A stretch of 32,897 nt of DNA from Magnetococcales bacterium (GTDB lineage: Bacteria; Pseudomonadota; Magnetococcia; Magnetococcales; Magnetaquicoccaceae): contig JADGCE010000014.1 of NCBI GenBank assembly GCA_015229095.1, forward strand, positions 1 to 32,897. The letters are read 5' to 3'. The notes beneath the pieces were generated by a model. The model was given only the letters and a program-made list of their open reading frames with translations. It did not search any database and had not been told where the DNA came from. This document shows positions 7,919 to 16,958 of this stretch, piece by piece. Position 1 is the stretch's first letter. Each line of letters begins with the position of its first letter. A program made the position numbers and the translations under genes.

Positions 7919-8872
7919 ATGCAGAACATCGGTATCATCACAAAGAAATCAGATCCCCACGCCCTGGAAGCCACAAAAAAGTTGGCACAGTGGCTCCACG
8001 AGCAGGAGCGGCAGGTAACGGTCACTCTTGACACGGCGTTGGCCGTCGATATTCCCCTGGCCATTGCAAAACGGCGACACCAGGATGAACTGCCCCAGGA
8101 TCAGGATCTGATTGTCGTGATCGGTGGAGATGGAACATTTCTGGCGGCATTCCGTGCGGTTGGCATTCGCACGATTCCCCTGCTGGGCATCAATATGGGT
8201 CGGTTGGGTTTTCTCACCGAAGTGCCCCTGGATGCCATGCTGCCCACCCTGACCAAGGTATTGGCCGGACAGTATCGGATCGAAGGACGCATGTTGCTGA
8301 CCGTCAGCGTGTTTCGTCACGGTGAGGAAGTGCTCTCCCATTGTGTGATGAATGATGTGGTCTTGCACAAGGGGGCGCTGGCCCGCATGATCGAGTTTCA
8401 GGTCTCCATCGATGATCAGTTTGTCTTCTCTGCCCGTGCTGACGGTCTGATCATCGCCACCCCCACCGGCTCCACGGCCTATGCGCTTTCGGCCGGCGGT
8501 CCCATCCTGCATCCCGCCATCGATGCCCTGCTGATGGCCCCCATTTGTCCCCATACCCTGACCAATCGCCCCATCGCGGTTCCGGGTCTGGGGAGCATCC
8601 GCATCACCTTTACCAGCAAGCCGGGCAACAATCCGGTCACCGCTCCCGGTGGGCGTTCCTCTCAATCCACCGAGTGGCACGATCGTCTGCTCACCCTGGA
8701 CGGTCAAACCGGGTTTCATCTGATGGAGGGAGACACCATTCTGGTGCGTCGTTCTCCCCACCGCCTGCAGGTTTTACATGCCCCGACCCGCAACTATTAT
8801 ACGGTTCTAAGGGAAAAACTGCATTGGGGGGAACAGTTGGGCCTATGCACCGAACCTCCTTCACCTCGTTAA
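7919..8872 (+). CDS. nadK: NAD(+) kinase
   Basis: GGDGT, GIN.G.LGFL, ND, DGLIIATPTGSTAYALSAGGP, PICPH.L..RP and DGQ motifs. Confidence 0.96.
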   Translation: MQNIGIITKKSDPHALEATKKLAQWLHEQERQVTVTLDTALAVDIPLAIAKRRHQDELPQDQDLIVVIGGDGTFLAAFRAVGIRTIPLLGINMGRLGFLTEVPLDAMLPTLTKVLAGQYRIEGRMLLTVSVFRHGEEVLSHCVMNDVVLHKGALARMIEFQVSIDDQFVFSARADGLIIATPTGSTAYALSAGGPILHPAIDALLMAPICPHTLTNRPIAVPGLGSIRITFTSKPGNNPVTAPGGRSSQSTEWHDRLLTLDGQTGFHLMEGDTILVRRSPHRLQVLHAPTRNYYTVLREKLHWGEQLGLCTEPPSPR

Positions 8873-8897
8873 CCCCCCGTTGGATGGTCTATTGCCC

Positions 8898-9557
8898 ATG
8901 ATTTGCACAGAATTGCTCCATGCCACCGACCGCCAGGGCCGTTATGTCAAAACCGCCGAGCGCACCGCCCTGTTGGCGGAAATTTGCGCCCACTCGCGCC
9001 GCCACGGCGATGCCCCCCTGGCGGTACCGGTGGTGCATATTCTCCTCATGAACAGCGACGGGGCAATCCGTCTGGTACAGAGGGGCGACAAACCGGAAAA
9101 CCCCTTCATGTGGGACAAGGCGGTGGGGGGGCATGTGGTGTGGGATGATCCCGCCCTGCCCCGTGCCGCTTTCGACGCCAACGCCCGCAAGGAGATGGCC
9201 GAAGAGGTGGGCATCCAGCAGGTCATCCTGGCCGCCGATGCCTTCCAGTTTCGCCATCACCTGCGCTCTGGCCTCCTGGACTACCAGAGTCAGGCCCTGA
9301 TTCATCTCATCGACGTGGACCCCTGGCAGGGGAGCCTCAGCCGCACGCGCCAGGGAGAACCCTGGCTCAAACGCCACTACGTCGCCACCTATGCCGGAAT
9401 ATTTGACGGACCCTTTCTCTTCATGGACGGCGAAGCCCAGGCAGAGCGCACCCTCAGCAAACGCGATTTAATGATGGATATCCAGGAGTCTCCCTGGCTG
9501 TATGCCGACGGCGTCAGGATCTTCATGCAGCGCTATTATCACCTGCTGCGCACGTAA
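8898..9557 (+). CDS. NUDIX-fold hydrolase (Idi/YfcD-like)
   Basis: VHILLMN, QRG..K.ENP..WD..VGGHV and A.KEMAEEVGI NUDIX box. The start could be TTG 8880 or ATG 8898. Confidence 0.75.
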   Translation: MICTELLHATDRQGRYVKTAERTALLAEICAHSRRHGDAPLAVPVVHILLMNSDGAIRLVQRGDKPENPFMWDKAVGGHVVWDDPALPRAAFDANARKEMAEEVGIQQVILAADAFQFRHHLRSGLLDYQSQALIHLIDVDPWQGSLSRTRQGEPWLKRHYVATYAGIFDGPFLFMDGEAQAERTLSKRDLMMDIQESPWLYADGVRIFMQRYYHLLRT

Positions 9558-9565
9558 AGGGCGGC

Positions 9566-9973
9566 TCAATCCCAGTTGCGCCAGCGATCATGCCGATCCC
9601 AACGACGATGATCCCTGTAGTGACCCCTGTCATGATGTCTGTGGTGCTCCCAATGACGATGTCTGTGCGGGTGCCATCGGTGTCCCCCCCGATAGTGGAC
9701 AGGTTCTGCGACGATATGCCGTGTCGGATAGGTTTCCGTCGTGTATACGACCGTGTCAGAACCCTCCCGCGCTTCGGCGTCGATGGCACTGCCAATCACT
9801 CCCCCAATCACGGCACCGATCAGCGCGTGTTCCACCTGGTCATGCGGTCCCATCAGGCTGCCCACCGTGGCACCCGCCAACGCGCCAAATTCCGTGCCCA
9901 TGGCCTCTGCACGTTCGCCTGTCGAGAGTGCCAAAAAAACGGCGGCAACCAGTGCAACAGTATATTTTTTCAT
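9566..9973 (-). CDS. Exported glycine-zipper protein with a His/Arg/Trp/Asp-rich tail
   Basis: AAAGGGG RBS, signal peptide MKKYTVALVAAVFLAL..AEA, glycine zipper GALAGATVG...GAVIGGVIG, tail HRWHPHRHRHWEHHRHHDRGHYRDHRRWDRHDRW. Confidence 0.8.
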   Translation of the reverse strand: MKKYTVALVAAVFLALSTGERAEAMGTEFGALAGATVGSLMGPHDQVEHALIGAVIGGVIGSAIDAEAREGSDTVVYTTETYPTRHIVAEPVHYRGGHRWHPHRHRHWEHHRHHDRGHYRDHRRWDRHDRWRNWD

Positions 9974-10185
9974 GGATGTTTCCCCTTTGATATGCATTCA
10001 ATATCCTCACCCTCCACCCTTGTTCGACCGGTTTGACGGCGGGTGGATGACGAACGATCCATCCCGGCGTCGCTCTTGTCTGCATGGACGGACCCTCGGC
10101 GCTCTTTTGTCGCCCTTTGCCCATTTTTTTTTCACTCGCTGTTCCTGCCCCTTGCGGCTGGAGCATCTCTTGATGGAAAAGGAGA

Positions 10186-12186
10186 GTGGTGATGCACACC
10201 ATCGAGCAAACCTCGGCATCCCTCCTGGCAGAAGCCAAGGCCTGCCATCACCAGGGCCATCTGGACAAGGCGTGGGCCCTGTATGAAAAACTGTTGGCCG
10301 TCGATCCCGACAACCCGGAATTGTTGCATCTGACCAGTCTGGTGTGCATCCGACAGGGGGCGTTTGCCCAGGCCGCAGAGCGGATCCAACGGGCCCAAAG
10401 ATCGGTGCCCGACAACCCCATCCTCTCATACAACCTGGGCCTGGCATGGATGCATCAGGGATATCTGGAAGGTGCGCTGACCGCATTCCAGGAGGCCATT
10501 CGTCTGCGACCCGACTATGTCAACGCACTGTGTCAACTGGGTCGGCTCCTGATACGGCAGCGCAACATGGGCAGGGCCCTGTCGGAACTGGGTAAAGCGG
10601 TACGGCTGGAGCCGGAACGTGCGGAGATTCACGCGCTGCTTGCCACGGCCCTGGATGCCCTGGGCCTGCGGGCTGCCGCCAACTATCGGCGCCGATTGGC
10701 GTGGCATTATGGCAACGAGGGTCCGGACCGGGAGAGCCTGCCGCCGCAACACACCTTTTTTGTCAACCAGGAGAGAGCCCTGCACACGGCACAAAAAGGC
10801 CACCTGATCCAGGAATCCATACAGACCCAGGGGCTGCAGATCTGCTACACCCTGGGTGCCCCGTTGCCGGACTCCCCACCCAATCTGGTACACGTGCCGG
10901 AAGATCCCCAGCAGGCCGTGCATTTTTTTTGTTTTTCCAGCCTGTCACTCCCAGTCGAGATTGATTTTGATCCAGCAGTCGAGTCGGAACGCCTCGCAGG
11001 CAGTCGCGTGGCCGCCTTTTTGAACCGCGTGCGCCAGGCCCGGATCGACGAAACCAGGCGATTGGCCCAGATATGTCGCACCACCCCCCCGGTATTTTTT
11101 CCGGGCCAACCCTTGCGCGTCTATCTGCCCGCCTCGCGACACGGCGATGTCCTGATGCACAATGCCCGTGATCTGGCGCAAGGATTCCGGAAAAATGGCT
11201 GTGAGACCCTCTATTTTGTCGAACCCGATCCGATGCATACCTTTGACTTCAGCCACTGGCTGCGGGCTCAGGCGGATTTCAACCCGCACATTGTGCTTGA
11301 CATCAATAATGCCTTCAATCTGGCCTCTGACTTAAGCTTTCAATCTCACCCGGACCTCTTCAGGGTGTTATGGTTTGAAGATCCCACCCCCGCCATCCTG
11401 GGCGGCCAACCCCTGCCCTGGAGAAAACGGGATCTGATCTATTCCATCAGCCGGGAATTTGATGGGCTTCTGCGCCGTTGCGGAGCCCCGCAGGTTCACC
11501 GGCAGGGTTTTTGTTATGACGAAGAGATCTTTCAGGATTTTGGCAAGCCACGCAAAAGGCAGATTGTGCTGATCGCCTCTTCGCACGATTTTATTTTCCA
11601 CCATTTTGCCGGCATAGAACCGATATTGGCCGAGATGGAGGCCATGTTTGAGGCGGGAGAAGCGATGACCGAAGAGGCCCTGGAGCGGTTTGCCAGGGGT
11701 GCTGCCTGTAGCAGGGATGAAACGCTCAATTTTTTATGGGGGTATGTGGTGCGGAACGGGTCAGCGCGCTGGCTGTGTACGTTGTCCGACGAGATCGAAG
11801 TGGCGGTTTACGGGCATCGCTGGGCATCGAATAGCGTGGTACAGCCTTTCTATCGGGGTGTTGTGCCCCATGGACCGGCGGTGGCCAGGATATACAATGA
11901 GGCGCGCTATGCCCTGGTTCCCCACCCCTTCGACCTGCAGAGCCAGCGACTGGCGGAGGTTTCGGCCTGTGGTGCCATTCCGGTGGTCTATGACTGCCGC
12001 TACAGAGCGGAACAGCCGCACTGGGACGCCCATTGCCTGTGGTATCGAACCCGGGAAGAGCTGCGTGCCTGTCTGACGCAACACCCCCCGCAATCCCCCC
12101 ATCGGATCTGCCAGGGCAAGAGTTACACGGCGTTTGCCCGACGGATTTTGCAAGAGGTGGAATCCCGCCTGTCAGAAAACCGCTGA
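10186..12186 (+). CDS. TPR-repeat protein with a C-terminal CgeB-like (GT1-type) glycosyltransferase domain
   Basis: N-terminal TPRs (A..LYEKLLAVDP.N, YNLGLAW...G..E.A..AFQEAIRLRPDY); C-terminal VAVYGHRW...FYRGVV.HG..VARIYNEA...QRLAEVSACGAIPVV; AAGGAG RBS. Confidence 0.72.
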   Translation: MVMHTIEQTSASLLAEAKACHHQGHLDKAWALYEKLLAVDPDNPELLHLTSLVCIRQGAFAQAAERIQRAQRSVPDNPILSYNLGLAWMHQGYLEGALTAFQEAIRLRPDYVNALCQLGRLLIRQRNMGRALSELGKAVRLEPERAEIHALLATALDALGLRAAANYRRRLAWHYGNEGPDRESLPPQHTFFVNQERALHTAQKGHLIQESIQTQGLQICYTLGAPLPDSPPNLVHVPEDPQQAVHFFCFSSLSLPVEIDFDPAVESERLAGSRVAAFLNRVRQARIDETRRLAQICRTTPPVFFPGQPLRVYLPASRHGDVLMHNARDLAQGFRKNGCETLYFVEPDPMHTFDFSHWLRAQADFNPHIVLDINNAFNLASDLSFQSHPDLFRVLWFEDPTPAILGGQPLPWRKRDLIYSISREFDGLLRRCGAPQVHRQGFCYDEEIFQDFGKPRKRQIVLIASSHDFIFHHFAGIEPILAEMEAMFEAGEAMTEEALERFARGAACSRDETLNFLWGYVVRNGSARWLCTLSDEIEVAVYGHRWASNSVVQPFYRGVVPHGPAVARIYNEARYALVPHPFDLQSQRLAEVSACGAIPVVYDCRYRAEQPHWDAHCLWYRTREELRACLTQHPPQSPHRICQGKSYTAFARRILQEVESRLSENR

Positions 12187-12221
12187 CGCATCAGGGTGGG
12201 TGCAGAAGAGGGGCTGCCCGC

Positions 12222-12311
12222 TCAAGCCGTGGCGGACAGGGCGACCACGGTGCAAAGAATCAGCAACATGGCCAAAAAAACGACTATCTTTTCCATATAC
12301 ACCGACATCAT
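12222..12311 (-). CDS. Putative 29-aa single-helix hydrophobic peptide
   Basis: Read directly from the sequence as MMSVYMEKIVVFLAMLLILCTVVALSATA-stop; below the track length cut-off; only a weak RBS (GAGAAG). Confidence 0.45.
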   Translation of the reverse strand: MMSVYMEKIVVFLAMLLILCTVVALSATA

Positions 12312-12371
12312 GGCAGCTTCTCACTTGAAACGGTCCGACCCATGTACACCGACGCCCCGACATCCCCCCAT

Positions 12372-14090
12372 TCAGGCAAAAACCTTGCACACAATGGCTG
12401 TAAACAGTTCCGCCGGTTCCGGTTTTAAAAACAGATACCCCTGTCCCATCAAGCAGTTGCGTTCCCTGAGAAACTCTGCTTGAGCTTCCGATTCGATCCC
12501 TTCGCCGATCACCTTCCGGTTGAGGCTTTTGGCCAGGGAGAGAATGGCCTCCACCAGTACAACAGTCTCCGGATCGGAAAGCGTCCCGGGCACAAAAGAG
12601 CGATCGATCTTGATGCCATTGACCGGCAGTCTCTTGAGCACACTCAAAGAGGAATGACCGGTACCAAAATCATCCAGCCACAGGTTGACGCCCATCTGCA
12701 CCAGATGGTTGAGCATGGCCATGGCCTGACTGGCATCCCCGGAAAGAATGTTTTCGGTAATTTCCAACACCAGTGCCGTGGGAGGCAATCCGGTCTCCTG
12801 CAGAATGGCCTGCATACTCTCTCCCGTGGAAAGATCCCGACAACGGGTACAGGAGAGATTGATGGAGATGAAAAAGTCGGCATTCTGCTGGCGCCACTGC
12901 TGGGCCTGGGCACAGGCGGTACGAATGGTCCATTCCGTGATTTTACTGATCAAACCCAGCTCTTCGGCAATGGGAATAAAGACCGCAGGGGAAATCGAGC
13001 CCCTCTTGGGATGGACCCAACGCAGCAACCCCTCCGCACCCACAACCCGTCGGCTGGTCAGGTTGACGATCGGTTGATAGTGGATGACCAACTCCTGGCG
13101 CTCCAGGACGGTATGCAGGTCGCTTTCCAGCTCCATCCGCTCCTGGACTTCGGCGTGCATATCCTGGGTAAAAAAGCGGTAGCCATTCCGTCCGGCACTC
13201 TTGGCCCGGTACATGGCGATATCCGCATTGCGCAGCAGATCTTCCAGGGTGGCGGCATCGTCCGGGAAGATGGCAATGCCAATGGAACCGGAGATCATCA
13301 CCTCTTGACCACACAGCATGAACGGGCTGACCAGTTGGGCCAGCACTTCAGCAGCCACCCGTTCGGCAAAGGGACCGCGGGCCATGTCCGGCAAAATGGC
13401 GGTAAACTCATCGCCACCCATACGAGCCACCGTATCGGACTTGCGCAAACAGCGTTGCAGACGGGCGGAGACTTCACGGAGCAGATCATCCCCCGCGCCG
13501 TGACCCAGTGTGTCATTGACCCACTTGAAACGGTCCAGATCAATAAACATCAAGGCCACCCGATGGGACTGGCGTCTGGCCCGGGTGACCTCCTGGCGCA
13601 GACGATCCATGAACAGGGTGCGGTTGGGCAAACCGGTCAGATTGTCGTGGTTGGCCTGGTGGCGAATATGTTCCTCATTCTTCCTGCGCTGGGAAATATC
13701 TTTCGCCACGGTGCAGAAAACCTGTGCCCCCTGCCAAAGCACCTGGGTCGTGGTGCTTTCCAGAATGCTCTCCTTGCCGTCCACACGCGCCACGGTCAAA
13801 TCGGCAGGAATACCTCCCCCTTGCTGGGGATCCATGGCCTCCACCGATTGTTCGACACGTTTCCAGGCTTCCGGATGGAAAAAGTTTAACAGGGGTTGCT
13901 GCTGCAGGGATGCGCTGGATTCCATGCCAAAAAGATAATTCATCTCCTGGTTGGCGTAAAGAATCACACCATCCCGATGCAGCAGCACACCGGCTGGCAG
14001 GTTGCTGATCAGATGTTGGCAATCTGCCATGGTTTCCACTGTGGCGGAGGAGTGATCCATGGTCGATCCGGGAGTATGGGTCTGTTTCAT
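12372..14090 (-). CDS. PAS-GGDEF-EAL diguanylate cyclase/phosphodiesterase
   Basis: PAS domain, D.LTGLPNR, intact GGDEF, EAL-type domain with EGL, LEITE, DDFGTGHSSL, KIDRSF and EGIE motifs. Confidence 0.93.
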   Translation of the reverse strand: MKQTHTPGSTMDHSSATVETMADCQHLISNLPAGVLLHRDGVILYANQEMNYLFGMESSASLQQQPLLNFFHPEAWKRVEQSVEAMDPQQGGGIPADLTVARVDGKESILESTTTQVLWQGAQVFCTVAKDISQRRKNEEHIRHQANHDNLTGLPNRTLFMDRLRQEVTRARRQSHRVALMFIDLDRFKWVNDTLGHGAGDDLLREVSARLQRCLRKSDTVARMGGDEFTAILPDMARGPFAERVAAEVLAQLVSPFMLCGQEVMISGSIGIAIFPDDAATLEDLLRNADIAMYRAKSAGRNGYRFFTQDMHAEVQERMELESDLHTVLERQELVIHYQPIVNLTSRRVVGAEGLLRWVHPKRGSISPAVFIPIAEELGLISKITEWTIRTACAQAQQWRQQNADFFISINLSCTRCRDLSTGESMQAILQETGLPPTALVLEITENILSGDASQAMAMLNHLVQMGVNLWLDDFGTGHSSLSVLKRLPVNGIKIDRSFVPGTLSDPETVVLVEAILSLAKSLNRKVIGEGIESEAQAEFLRERNCLMGQGYLFLKPEPAELFTAIVCKVFA

Positions 14091-14228
14091 GTCGTAGGCT
14101 ATCCGTTTGTTCTTGCACAGGGAGGTGTAATGGGAAAACTGGCCATCTCCACGGCTCTCCGGTCGGCGCGGCCTTCCCCAAGGGGATAACGAACCGCTTT
14201 CAGCCAGACACGAGCCGCTTCTCCCATT

Positions 14229-14642
14229 CTAATGCTTTTCTTCGCCAATATAAACGATCTCCAGATCGGGCCAGACCGGTTTGACACTGGCCAATATCTC
14301 CCGCACGGCCCTGACGGGATCCCCATGCTCTTCCCAGTCGCTGATGGCCTGCTCACTCCCCATGCCAAACAGAGGCCACTCCCCCACATCATCCAGATAA
14401 CTCTTGGCCAGGGCGAAGGCCCAATAAGGCAGATCGGCCTGGCTCTCCAGGTATGCGGTCAGGTGCACGCCATCCGCCGTGCCACCGGCCTGGGTAATCA
14501 CCACCCAACGGGCCTGAGGGGTACTGACGAAAGCCGCCAACTGTTCCGGGTGAAGATGGCGGCCCACAGCCAACCAACGCGCCCGACGCTCCTCCGGGGA
14601 CAACGGCGTTGTCGACGCACCCTGCTCCGATAATGGTTCCAC
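14229..14642 (-). CDS. Hypothetical protein
   Basis: GGAGG before GTG; 22 nt after the kinase stop; protein-like aromatic/acidic core (YLESQADLPYWAFALAKSYLDDVGEWPLFGM). Confidence 0.7.
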   Translation of the reverse strand: MEPLSEQGASTTPLSPEERRARWLAVGRHLHPEQLAAFVSTPQARWVVITQAGGTADGVHLTAYLESQADLPYWAFALAKSYLDDVGEWPLFGMGSEQAISDWEEHGDPVRAVREILASVKPVWPDLEIVYIGEEKH

Positions 14643-14664
14643 AGCAACGCCCCTCCAGGCCGTG

Positions 14665-16824
14665 TCAGCCGGCCAGTTTGATCGTGGACGGCAACCAGCG
14701 GGCCAACAATTTTTTCAGGCTTTCCAGTTGCACAGGTTTATTCAACACATCATCCATCCCCGCCTCCAGACAGCGCGCCTCTTCTCCATGCACCGTCTTG
14801 GCCACCATGCCGATAATAGGCACGCGGGCCTGTTTGCTGATCGGGTTGCGAATGGTTTGGGCCGCCTGATAGCCATCCATGACAGGCATGTGGCAATCCA
14901 TCAGCACCAGGGAACAGGACTCCTTCCGCATGAACGCAACCGCCTCCTGACCATTGGCCACTGTATGCACCACATAGCCAAGACAATGCAGTTGGATCTG
15001 GATGGCTTTCTGGATGACGGCATTGTCTTCGGCCAGCAGAATGCGGTGGCTGGCCGGGGTTGTGATGGCCGCATCCCGTGGGGTCAGGTCGCGACCGGCC
15101 AGGGTGCAAGCGGGCTCGTCCTGGTCTTTCTCCGCCTCTGGCCCCTCCGAGGGGGAGAGCGGCCCTGCACCCTGCTCCAGGCATGGCGGTGCCGCAGACT
15201 CCTCGGCACAGGCACGCACCTGAGCAAGCAAAGACTCCAACAGCCTGTCCCGTTGCATCGGCTTGCCCAAAATATCCACATAACCGGCCTGGCGCGCATC
15301 TTCCAAAAATTTTTTGTCGTCGTTGCCCGTCAACAGAATACAGCGCACGGCAGCCACCCCCGGCGTCTGACTCAAGGCGCGCACCAGAGAAAAATGGGCG
15401 CTGATCTGCTGGTCGTCCACCTGTTTTGGCAAAGAGATCAGCACCAGATGACACGGCGCATGGGTGGCGGTCTCCTGTTTCAGGTACGCCAGAACCTCCT
15501 CTGTGCTCTCCACCGAGGTGGCCTTCATGTGCCAACGCAGCAAAACGTTCAACAGCACCGTCTGACTGGTCTGCTGGGGATCGACGATCAAAATTTTGAC
15601 ACCTCGCAGGGAGGTACTGGCCAATGCGGGCAGAGGATCGCTCTCTGCTGTGCTGGCACGGGCCAGGGGAATGGCAAACCAGAAGAGGGAACCCCGCTCC
15701 TTGCGGCTTTCGTAACCGATCTGTCCCCCCATCAACTCCACCAGTCGGCTGGCAATGGAGAGCCCCAGACCGGTGCCACCATAGGGTCGGGTAGAGGAGC
15801 CGTCCACTTGGACAAAGGGTTGAAACAGTCGGTGTTGGTTGGCTTTGGGAATTCCGATACCGGTATCGGCCACCGCAAAGCAGAGGGTTACCTGGGATTT
15901 GGTCTTTTTTTCCAGACGAACCCGAATGGAAACTTCCCCTTTTTTGGTAAATTTGACCGCATTACCGACCAGATTGAGCAATACTTGACGGATTCGGGCC
16001 GGATCCCCCCGCAGCAGGGTGGGAATGCGATGGTATACGTTAAAAGTCAGATTGATGTTTTTACCCTGCACCTGGGGAGCGATCAAGCCGACCACCTCCT
16101 CCACCACTTTGGCCGGACGAAACTCCTCTGATTTGATCTCCAATTTGCCCGCTTCGATGCGGGAAAAATCGAGAATATCGTTGGCAATGGTCAATAAGGC
16201 CTGGGCCGTATCCCGTGCCGATGTGGCCCACTCCCGCTGCTCCTTGTTGAGCTTGCTGTCCAGCAGCAACTCGTTCAATCCGATCATGCCATGGATGGGT
16301 GTGCGAATTTCATGGCTCATGTTGGACAAAAATTCCGCTTTCAACCGCGCGGTCTCCAGGGCAATATCCTGGGCCTGTTTGATCTCCCGCTCCAGTTCCT
16401 GACGGCTGCTCAGTTCTTTAAAAACCGTGACGCTGCCAACAACCTGCCCGTTTTCCCACAGAGGGGAGGCGGTAAAAGAGACGGGCAACAGTCTGCCATT
16501 CCGATGCACAAACAGGTCATTTTCCACCGGATAGACCTGACCATCCTGGATGGATTTATAGACCGGGCAGGCTTCCAGAGGCACCACCTGCTCCTGGACC
16601 GGATGGTGATGGATCTTGTAGTGGGCGATGCTGCCCAGCAGCTCATCGGGCCGCCAACCGAGGATGCGCGCCCCGGCGGCATTCAGAAAGGTCAGCCGTC
16701 CGGCACCATCCAGGGTGAACACCCCCTCGTCCAGGTAACGGGTAATCTGTTCCAACTGGTTGCCCGATGGCGTGGAGGGCATGGAGTGCGCCGCAGGCGG
16801 AAGATCGTCGGGTTTCATATCCAT
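14665..16824 (-). CDS. Cytoplasmic hybrid sensor histidine kinase PAS-HisKA-HATPase-REC(degenerate)-REC
   Basis: FLSNMSHEIRTP H-box, NLVGNAVKFT, DTGIGI, F.PF.Q.D and GGTGLGL boxes; second receiver LAEDN..LMDCHMP.MDG..KP; first receiver lacks the phospho-Asp (LVLISLP). Confidence 0.93.
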   Translation of the reverse strand: MDMKPDDLPPAAHSMPSTPSGNQLEQITRYLDEGVFTLDGAGRLTFLNAAGARILGWRPDELLGSIAHYKIHHHPVQEQVVPLEACPVYKSIQDGQVYPVENDLFVHRNGRLLPVSFTASPLWENGQVVGSVTVFKELSSRQELEREIKQAQDIALETARLKAEFLSNMSHEIRTPIHGMIGLNELLLDSKLNKEQREWATSARDTAQALLTIANDILDFSRIEAGKLEIKSEEFRPAKVVEEVVGLIAPQVQGKNINLTFNVYHRIPTLLRGDPARIRQVLLNLVGNAVKFTKKGEVSIRVRLEKKTKSQVTLCFAVADTGIGIPKANQHRLFQPFVQVDGSSTRPYGGTGLGLSIASRLVELMGGQIGYESRKERGSLFWFAIPLARASTAESDPLPALASTSLRGVKILIVDPQQTSQTVLLNVLLRWHMKATSVESTEEVLAYLKQETATHAPCHLVLISLPKQVDDQQISAHFSLVRALSQTPGVAAVRCILLTGNDDKKFLEDARQAGYVDILGKPMQRDRLLESLLAQVRACAEESAAPPCLEQGAGPLSPSEGPEAEKDQDEPACTLAGRDLTPRDAAITTPASHRILLAEDNAVIQKAIQIQLHCLGYVVHTVANGQEAVAFMRKESCSLVLMDCHMPVMDGYQAAQTIRNPISKQARVPIIGMVAKTVHGEEARCLEAGMDDVLNKPVQLESLKKLLARWLPSTIKLAG

Positions 16825-16958
16825 ACTCGTTGACGTATAGTGCCATGCACTGGAACAGGGAGCCTTTTTCGCTTAAAAATGTTGCCTGCGCCCAGCACAC
16901 GAAGCAAAAAACAAGCCAATAACGACAGAAAGATTTCAGATGGAGGATCACCCGCTCT

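Noticed and set aside
9590-9700. Short quasi-repeats (GATGTCTGTG, GACGATG) as a DNA repeat element
   Set aside because: Explained by the low-complexity His/Arg/Asp codons of the minus-strand gene.
9987-10001. TTGATATGCATTCAA as an FNR box
   Set aside because: The spacing is one base longer than TTGAT-N4-ATCAA and one half-site is imperfect.
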